Shown here piece after piece: positions 16,309-22,293 of a stretch of 22,293 nucleotides of DNA (positions within the stretch are counted from its first letter, which is position 1; each line of letters starts with the position of its first letter). Made by a program: the position numbers and the translations under genes. The DNA is from Candidatus Eiseniibacteriota bacterium. GTDB lineage: Bacteria; Eisenbacteria; RBG-16-71-46; DASYSL01. The notes beneath the pieces were generated by a model. That model saw only the letters and a program-made list of their open reading frames with translations, had not been told where the DNA came from and made no database searches. The DNA lies in assembly GCA_031431875.1 (NCBI GenBank), contig JANPEF010000098.1, forward strand, positions 1-22,293, read 5' to 3'.

Positions 16309-17547
16309 TCAGGATGCGCCTGCGGCCCCCGCCGGTGCAACCGTCGGCGCCGGTCGCGTCACCCGGGCGGCGAGGAGCGCGCCCGCCACCAGCATCGTCG
16401 CCGCGAGGAGGAACGGCGCGCCGGGCAGGTGGAGATGTGCGCTCTTGCCGATGAACCGCGCGAACACGGCGGTGAAGATCGGCGGCCCGATCATCCCCGT
16501 GATGCCCATCAGGCTGCCGTTGATGCCCTGCAGGCGCCCCTGCTCGGTCGCGTCCACGCGGCGCGTCATGAGGCTCTGCATCGACGGACCGTTGAGGCCG
16601 ATGAGCGCGAACACCGGGATCCCCGCCCAGAACCACGGCGCGCTCGGCGCCAGTCCGTAGACGATCATGCCGACAGCACCGCACAGGAGCCCGATGACGA
16701 GCGCGCGGCGCTCACCGATGGCGCCGACGATCGCGCGCACCAACCCGCCCTGGACGATGATGCTGCACACGCCGACGACCGCCAGCGTCAGGCCGACCGT
16801 GGTCGCCGTCCAGCCGTAGCGATAGCCCGTGTAGAGCACGAACACGGTGTTCAGCACCTGGTGCGCGAGCCAGTACAGGAAACTCACGCCAACCAGCCCG
16901 GTGAGCCCGGGGCGCGTGCGCAGGAGCCCGAGGCCGCCGAAGGGGTTCGCCCGCGCGAGCGACACCGGCGCGCGCCGGTCTTCGGGCAGCGACTCGGGCA
17001 GCACGAACAGGCCGTACGCCGCGTTCGCCAGCGTCAGCCCCCCGGCGACCCAGAACGGCAGGCGGATGTCGATGCCGCCGAGGACGCCACCGAGCGCCGG
17101 CCCCAGCACGAACCCCAGCCCCCACGCCGCGCCGATGCGGCCGAACGCGGCCGCGCGGTGTTCCGGCGCCGTGATGTCGGCGACGTAGGCCGCGGCCGTC
17201 GTCCAGCTCGCGCCGCAGATCCCCGACAGCACGCGCCCCACGAACAGCCAGGCGAGGCTCGGCGCCAGCGCCATGAGCACGTAGTCGAAGGCCAGCCCGA
17301 AGTTCGACAGCAGGATCACGGGCCGCCGGCCGAAGCGGTCGGACAGGGACCCGAGCAGCGGCGAACAGACGAACGACATCAGCGCCCACACGCTGGCGAA
17401 CAGTCCGAAGATCCCGGCCGCGCGCGCGGTGTCGCCGGCGACGAACGCCTCGATCAGTCTGGGCAGCACCGGGATGACAATGCCCAGCGCCAGCACGTCG
17501 AGCACGACCGTGATGAAGATGAAGACCAGCGATGGGGTGCGTTTCAT
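16309..17547 (-). CDS. MFS efflux transporter, TCR/TetA-like (DHA1)
   Basis: LDVLALGIVIPVLP, motif A GSLSDRFGRRPV, GRVLSG, AYVADIT, motif C GFVLGPALGG, LPES, EQGRLQG. Confidence 0.93.
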   Translation of the reverse strand: MKRTPSLVFIFITVVLDVLALGIVIPVLPRLIEAFVAGDTARAAGIFGLFASVWALMSFVCSPLLGSLSDRFGRRPVILLSNFGLAFDYVLMALAPSLAWLFVGRVLSGICGASWTTAAAYVADITAPEHRAAAFGRIGAAWGLGFVLGPALGGVLGGIDIRLPFWVAGGLTLANAAYGLFVLPESLPEDRRAPVSLARANPFGGLGLLRTRPGLTGLVGVSFLYWLAHQVLNTVFVLYTGYRYGWTATTVGLTLAVVGVCSIIVQGGLVRAIVGAIGERRALVIGLLCGAVGMIVYGLAPSAPWFWAGIPVFALIGLNGPSMQSLMTRRVDATEQGRLQGINGSLMGITGMIGPPIFTAVFARFIGKSAHLHLPGAPFLLAATMLVAGALLAARVTRPAPTVAPAGAAGAS

Positions 17548-17630
17548 ACGACGACGGGCATGGCGGCGGCTTTCTCCGGGTCGATCGAGGTGCGGCGTCG
17601 ACGTGTGGCGCGCATCGTACCGGAAACGAT

Positions 17631-17660
17631 GACGCCCCGGGAATCGCTCCCCGGGGCGCC
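17631..17660 (-). terminator. GC-rich hairpin with a GCGA tetraloop downstream of the S8 protease gene; possible terminator
   Basis: Minus-strand RNA GGCGCCCCGGGGA-GCGA-UUCCCGGGGCGUC forms 13 bp including two G-U pairs. It is followed by only a weak U tract (AUCGUUUCC). Confidence 0.55.
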
Positions 17661-17682
17661 GCGCATTTCCTGCGAATCGTGA

Positions 17683-20600
17683 CTACGGCAGCAGCACCAC
17701 GTCCGTGCGGAAGGTTCCGCCCGCGGTACGCGCCGACACGTAGTACTTGCCTGCGCCGACCGCGCGACCGGCGGCGTTCAGACCGTCCCAGCGCACGGAG
17801 TGCAGGCCGGCGTCGAGCGAGCCGTGCGCGAGCGTGCGCACGTGCGCGCCGCGCACGTCGTAGACGGTCACATCGACGTCGCCACGCGTCGGCAGTGCCA
17901 GCTCGATCGCCGCGCGACCATTGCGCGACGGGTTCGCGCCGGCCATGCGCAGGCCGTAGCTCCGCGGCGGGACCGGATCGGCCGCCACCAGGCTGCTGAC
18001 GACCAGCTCGACCGGCACGTCGACCGCGCCCTCGTCCGGATCGTTGCTCGACGCGTGCAGGTTGCCCTGGTATGTGCCGAGCTCGAGGTCCGTCGCGTCA
18101 TAGCCGACGGTCAGGTCCACCGAGCCCCCGGCCGGAACCGTCCCGGCCTGAGGGGTGATCGACAGCCACTCGGGCGTCCGCGTGAACTGCACCGCGAGGC
18201 CGTCGTGGGCGTAGTCGGTGTTGAAGGTGGTCATGAGGCCGATGTCGCGGGTCTCGTTCTGGATGCCGACCGTCGCCGAGCTCCTCGGCGGCGTCATCGC
18301 CAGGTACTGGTAAACGATCCTCCCGCTCGAATAGAGGATGGCCTGGTAGGTGTACGGCCCGCCCGCCGGTGCGCCCGACGTCCAGTGCGGCACCGCCACC
18401 CACGACACGATGAAGCGCGAGCCGTCGTTGTGCGTCCACACCGCACCCGTCGTGCGCAGGTCCATGTCGTCCCAGAACGGGGCGACGAGGCTCTTCGGCA
18501 AGCGGGCCCCGGAACTCGGAAGGGCCTGGTTCGAGTAGGCGCTGTCGGTCTCGGTGAACGACAGCCAGCCGTTGGTGCAGATGTTCACCGTGGTGTGGCT
18601 CGCGCCGTAGAAGGGGAAGGCGAAGCCGATCGGCACGCCGGTCTTCGTGCGATCGTCCGCCGCGAAACCGCCGAGTTGCGTTCCCACGCCGGTGATGTCG
18701 AGCCACGCGAATGCGGGGCCGCCCGGCTCGTCGCTGTCCTTCCACCTGTAGCCGAATGCGTCCGGACCGCCGGCGGCGTCGATCCCGGGGCGCGGGTCGA
18801 CTTCGCCCTTGCCCAGCGCGAGGGCCGCGTACGAGGTGAAGCCCTCGGCGAGCGCATCGACACTGGCGCCGATCGACCAGTTCAGGTCGCTGCCGCCGTC
18901 ATTGGACAGCGTCAACGTCTGCGCCGAGCTCGTGTTCGGTGCGAGGTAGGTGCCCATCGACGCCGCCGACAGCGCCTGGTCCGGCGCCGCCAGGCCCGAG
19001 CCCGTCAGCGCGATGACACGGAACTGCGTGTCGGGATCGTTGCTCTTGATGGTCAGCGTCGCCGGGTAGGCCTGCTCGGCCGCCGGGTTGAAGCTCACGT
19101 TGACGATCGCCGAGCCCAGCGGCGGAATCACCAGCTGGTTGGCATTCGGCGTGTACGCCGCATGGCTCGACGTGACCTCGTCGACGATCAGGGCGTCGGT
19201 GCCGGCGTTCTGGATCGAGACCTGGCGGATCTGCGGGAAGCCCAGGAACACGGGCCCGAAGTCGATCGGATCGGGGGTGGCCACGATGTCCGGCACGCCG
19301 ACGACGTGCAGCAGGCACTCGACGTCGTACTCGGGAACGAGCGGGTCGTTCGACGAGATGCGCACCACGCCCTCGTAGTCGCCGCCGTAGAGGCCGGCGG
19401 CGTTGAAGCCGACCGTCACGTCGGCGAACCCGCCCGCGGGCACCGTGCCCGCCAGCGGCGTCGCGGTGAGCCAACGCGCCGGCGGCGTGAAGCGCACCGC
19501 CTTGCCGTTGGCGATCCAGCTCGCGTTGTTGAAGACGACCTGCAGGCCGTCGTTCCGCAATGCGTTCTGGATGCCGATCGTGTGGCTGGCGTTGGTCGCG
19601 GTGGTGATCGACAGGTACTGGTAGACCAGGCGGCCATCCGGATACAGGTGGATCTGGAACGTGTTCGCCGCCGTCTCGTTGTACCGCGGCACGCCCTGGT
19701 ACTGCACGATGAGCTTCGTGCCGTCGTACTGGTAGTAGGCGTCTCCGAGCGTGCGGAAGTCGAGGTCGTCCCAGAACGGTGCGACCAGGTTCTCCGGCAC
19801 GCCGCTGCCGCTGTTGGGCAGCGTCGTGTTCGCGTAGGCGACTCCCGCCGCGGTGAATGACAGCCAGCCGTTGGTGCAGACGCGGAAGTTGCTGAATGCC
19901 GTGCCGTAGAACGGGAACGAGAAGCCGATCGGGAACGGGCCCAGGTTCTGGTCGTCGCCCGTGAACGGAATCGCGGTGCCCGTGCCCGAGATATCGACCC
20001 ACGCGAAGACGGGGCCGCCCGGTTCGGCGCTGTCCGCCCAGCGGTAGCCGAATGCGTCCGGCCCGCCGGCGTCCAGCGGCATGGGGCCGCCGACCACGTC
20101 GGCCGCGCCCTTCACCCCGAGGACGTTTTCCGCGTCGCCATCGACGTGGCGCGGCGTGCGCGCCTCGAAGCCCGGCGTGCCCGACAGCGCGACCGTGGAG
20201 AGGTCGTAGTCGAGCGCCGAGCCGCCGTGGTTCTCGATGCGCATCGTGCGCGAAACCGCACTGTTGGTGTTGAGCGTCTCCTCGAAGTTGCGCGGATCGA
20301 CCGAGAAGCCCGGTGCCACCACCGCCTCGCCCGTCGCGTGCAGCACGAGGCTCGGCGTGTCGGGGTCGTTGCTCGCGATCGTGACCGTGGCCGCCAGCAC
20401 TCCGGGGTTCGCGGGGCTCCAGGTCAGGGCGACGACCTGCGACGCGCCCGAGGCGAGCGAGAACACGCCGGGTCCGGCGGTCAGGCCGGTCGCGCCCGTG
20501 CCCGCGACGGTCATGCCGGTGACGTCGAGCTGGTCGGTTCCGTTGTTGCTCACCGTCACGTTGCGGCCGTACGAGCCGTCCTCGTACTGCGTGCCGTACG

Positions 20601-22293
20601 TCGAGGTGTCGGGCGTCGCCGTGATGTTCGGCGCACCGATCACCGTGAGCTGCGCCGTCGCGAGGACCGGCGAGTCGTCGGGATCATTCGACAGCACCTG
20701 TACGTTGCCGTCGTAGACCCCGCCGTTGAGCCCGGTGGCATCGAAGTGCACGGCCAGGTTCTGGCTCTGCCCGGCCGGGAGGCGGCCCGACGTCGGCGAG
20801 ACGCTCAGCCACTGCCGCAGCGGCACGAACTGCACGACCATCGCGTCGTGCACGTAGCTGGCGTTCGAGGCGACGGTCAAGCCCACCGTCTCGGTCGCGT
20901 TCTGGATGCCGATGGTGGCGCTGTTGGTCGGCGCGTTCATCGTCAGGTACTGGTAGCGGATCTCACCCGACGGGTAGACGAGGATCTGGTACGAGTACGG
21001 CCCGCCGCTCGCGTAGTGCGGCGCGGCAATCCACGACACGATGAAGCGCGTGCCGTCGTAGTGCGTCCACACGCGCGGCGTGGCGCCGAAGTCGTGGTCG
21101 TCCCAGAACGGGGCGAGCATGTTCTGCGCGCCGCCGGTCGTGGGTAGCGGTCCGTTGCTGTACGCCGTCACGTTATCGGTGAACGTCGCGAAGCCGTTGG
21201 TGCACACGCGCAGGCTCGAGAACGAGTTGCCGTAGAACGGGAAGGCGAAGCCGAGGTTGACCACGCCCGAGATCGCATCGTCCCCGGTGAGCGCCAGCTG
21301 CGTGCCCACGCCCGTGATGTCGACCCAGCCGAACGTGGGGCCGCCCGCTTCGTCACTGTCGACCCAGCGGTAGCCGAAGGCGTCGGGACCGCCGCGGCCC
21401 AGCATGCCGGGGCGCGGATCCTCCTGGCCCTTGGCGAGGAACATCTCGGCCTGGACGGGCACTTCCTCGACGGGAAGCCGGTTGCCGAGCTGCGAGAACA
21501 GCAGCTCCGGCGTCGGCGCCGTCCAGTCGAGGCGGCCCTGGCCGGGGTTCGAAATGGCGATGACCTGGTCCGACTGTGCGCCGGTGAGGAGAGTCTCGGT
21601 GAGCGACGTCGGGGCGAGCGCGATCTGCGGCTCGCCCAGCGTCGTGCCGGTCGCGACGTTCGAGATCGGCCCCTCGTTGCCGAACTCGTCGAGCGCCTTG
21701 AGCGCGAAGTAGTACTGCGTGCTGAACGTGAGGCCCGGAACCTCGAACGTCTCGGCCGCGCCGGCCGGCTGCGGGTCGGGGCCCTCGACCGCGTTCGCGG
21801 CGTCGAACGCCGTCTCATCGGGAATGGGATTCGTCGACCAGCGCACGTCGTAGCGCGAGGCCGTGCCCGTGCCCCCGTCGTCGCCGGTCGCGGTCCACGC
21901 CAGCTCCATCGTGGTCGAGCCGGGGTTCTGCGTCGCCAGGTCGGTGACCTGGTCCGGCGCCGTCGAGTCCGGATCGGCGATGGCGAGAAACACGTTGAGG
22001 CGCGCGCCGCTGACGCACTTGCCGAGCAACGACGGGATCGGGTCGGCCTTGAGGAGCAGCAGCTGCTTCACCTGCAGGTTCGAGGCGTTCGGGAAGCGGC
22101 CCCACACCATGGCGGCCGCGCCCGAGACGTGCGGCGTCGCCATCGACGTGCCCGACAGCAACTGGTAGCCGCCGCCCGGCTGGCACGAGAGGATCTCGTC
22201 GCCGGGGGCGCCGATGTCGACCGACGTCGCGCCAAAGCTCGAGAAGCTGGCGAGACCATCGTTGTGGTCGGTCGCGGCCACGCCGATGATGTA
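17683..22293 (-). CDS. Large secreted S8 (subtilisin-like) serine protease with FN3, triplicated beta modules, Ig-like domains and a C-terminal FlgD-Ig domain (5' truncated)
   Basis: Frame is open to the window edge (YIIGVAATD). ASFSSFG, VDIGAPG, catalytic-Ser motif [14 protein letters not shown]3 [10 protein letters not shown]...[11 protein letters not shown]-terminal NP..VYDVRG..VRTL..WDG.N..G..V..G.Y. Confidence 0.93.
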   Translation of the reverse strand, partial: YIIGVAATDHNDGLASFSSFGATSVDIGAPGDEILSCQPGGGYQLLSGTSMATPHVSGAAAMVWGRFPNASNLQVKQLLLLKADPIPSLLGKCVSGARLNVFLAIADPDSTAPDQVTDLATQNPGSTTMELAWTATGDDGGTGTASRYDVRWSTNPIPDETAFDAANAVEGPDPQPAGAAETFEVPGLTFSTQYYFALKALDEFGNEGPISNVATGTTLGEPQIALAPTSLTETLLTGAQSDQVIAISNPGQGRLDWTAPTPELLFSQLGNRLPVEEVPVQAEMFLAKGQEDPRPGMLGRGGPDAFGYRWVDSDEAGGPTFGWVDITGVGTQLALTGDDAISGVVNLGFAFPFYGNSFSSLRVCTNGFATFTDNVTAYSNGPLPTTGGAQNMLAPFWDDHDFGATPRVWTHYDGTRFIVSWIAAPHYASGGPYSYQILVYPSGEIRYQYLTMNAPTNSATIGIQNATETVGLTVASNASYVHDAMVVQFVPLRQWLSVSPTSGRLPAGQSQNLAVHFDATGLNGGVYDGNVQVLSNDPDDSPVLATAQLTVIGAPNITATPDTSTYGTQYEDGSYGRNVTVSNNGTDQLDVTGMTVAGTGATGLTAGPGVFSLASGASQVVALTWSPANPGVLAATVTIASNDPDTPSLVLHATGEAVVAPGFSVDPRNFEETLNTNSAVSRTMRIENHGGSALDYDLSTVALSGTPGFEARTPRHVDGDAENVLGVKGAADVVGGPMPLDAGGPDAFGYRWADSAEPGGPVFAWVDISGTGTAIPFTGDDQNLGPFPIGFSFPFYGTAFSNFRVCTNGWLSFTAAGVAYANTTLPNSGSGVPENLVAPFWDDLDFRTLGDAYYQYDGTKLIVQYQGVPRYNETAANTFQIHLYPDGRLVYQYLSITTATNASHTIGIQNALRNDGLQVVFNNASWIANGKAVRFTPPARWLTATPLAGTVPAGGFADVTVGFNAAGLYGGDYEGVVRISSNDPLVPEYDVECLLHVVGVPDIVATPDPIDFGPVFLGFPQIRQVSIQNAGTDALIVDEVTSSHAAYTPNANQLVIPPLGSAIVNVSFNPAAEQAYPATLTIKSNDPDTQFRVIALTGSGLAAPDQALSAASMGTYLAPNTSSAQTLTLSNDGGSDLNWSIGASVDALAEGFTSYAALALGKGEVDPRPGIDAAGGPDAFGYRWKDSDEPGGPAFAWLDITGVGTQLGGFAADDRTKTGVPIGFAFPFYGASHTTVNICTNGWLSFTETDSAYSNQALPSSGARLPKSLVAPFWDDMDLRTTGAVWTHNDGSRFIVSWVAVPHWTSGAPAGGPYTYQAILYSSGRIVYQYLAMTPPRSSATVGIQNETRDIGLMTTFNTDYAHDGLAVQFTRTPEWLSITPQAGTVPAGGSVDLTVGYDATDLELGTYQGNLHASSNDPDEGAVDVPVELVVSSLVAADPVPPRSYGLRMAGANPSRNGRAAIELALPTRGDVDVTVYDVRGAHVRTLAHGSLDAGLHSVRWDGLNAAGRAVGAGKYYVSARTAGGTFRTDVVLLP
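18000..21450 (-). repeat. Three intragenic diverged tandem modules (~1.3 kb period) in the S8 protease
   Basis: [20 protein letters not shown] starts at ~21393, ~20067 and ~18771. Each copy has F.FPFYG, CTNG, APFWDD and SNDP-containing Ig-like segments. Confidence 0.9.

Noticed and set aside
16309..17547. Acquired tetracycline resistance gene on a mobile element
   Set aside because: No tetR, transposase, integrase or terminal repeats are nearby, and the codon style matches the host. It is better read as a chromosomal TCR-family MFS of unknown substrate.
18000..21450. Repeats as a CRISPR array or DGR template/variable repeats
   Set aside because: They are diverged in-frame protein domain duplications of ~1.3 kb. 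There is no short repeat-spacer pattern, cas gene or reverse transcriptase.

Overview
GC-rich, densely coding bacterial DNA with about 20 genes. I saw no rRNA, tRNA, CRISPR array or mobile element. In order: the 3' part of glpK and a CoA-binding protein (+); a minus-strand operon of an NYN/PIN-fold ribonuclease fused to two ribosomal-protein-S1-like domains, an SDR and an alpha/beta hydrolase; minus-strand genes for a lipoprotein, a metallophosphoesterase, a secreted thioredoxin-fold protein and an MTH1187-family protein; a secreted tandem-CBM-like protein coupled to a glycogen debranching enzyme (+); a TSUP transporter (-); a five-gene CDP-sugar/GT2 operon (+); a small membrane Zn-ribbon protein and a TetA-like MFS pump (-); and the 3' part of a very large S8 protease with triplicated modules and a FlgD-Ig C-terminus (-). 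That C-terminal domain suggests an FCB-group organism such as Ca. Eisenbacteria (inference only). The best novelty candidate is the NYN-disordered linker-S1-S1 fusion, which sits behind a long structured leader. Secondary signals are a probable CTG start codon, leaderless extended -10 promoters, 5-codon coupling uORFs and a CDP-sugar pathway lacking a canonical RfbG.
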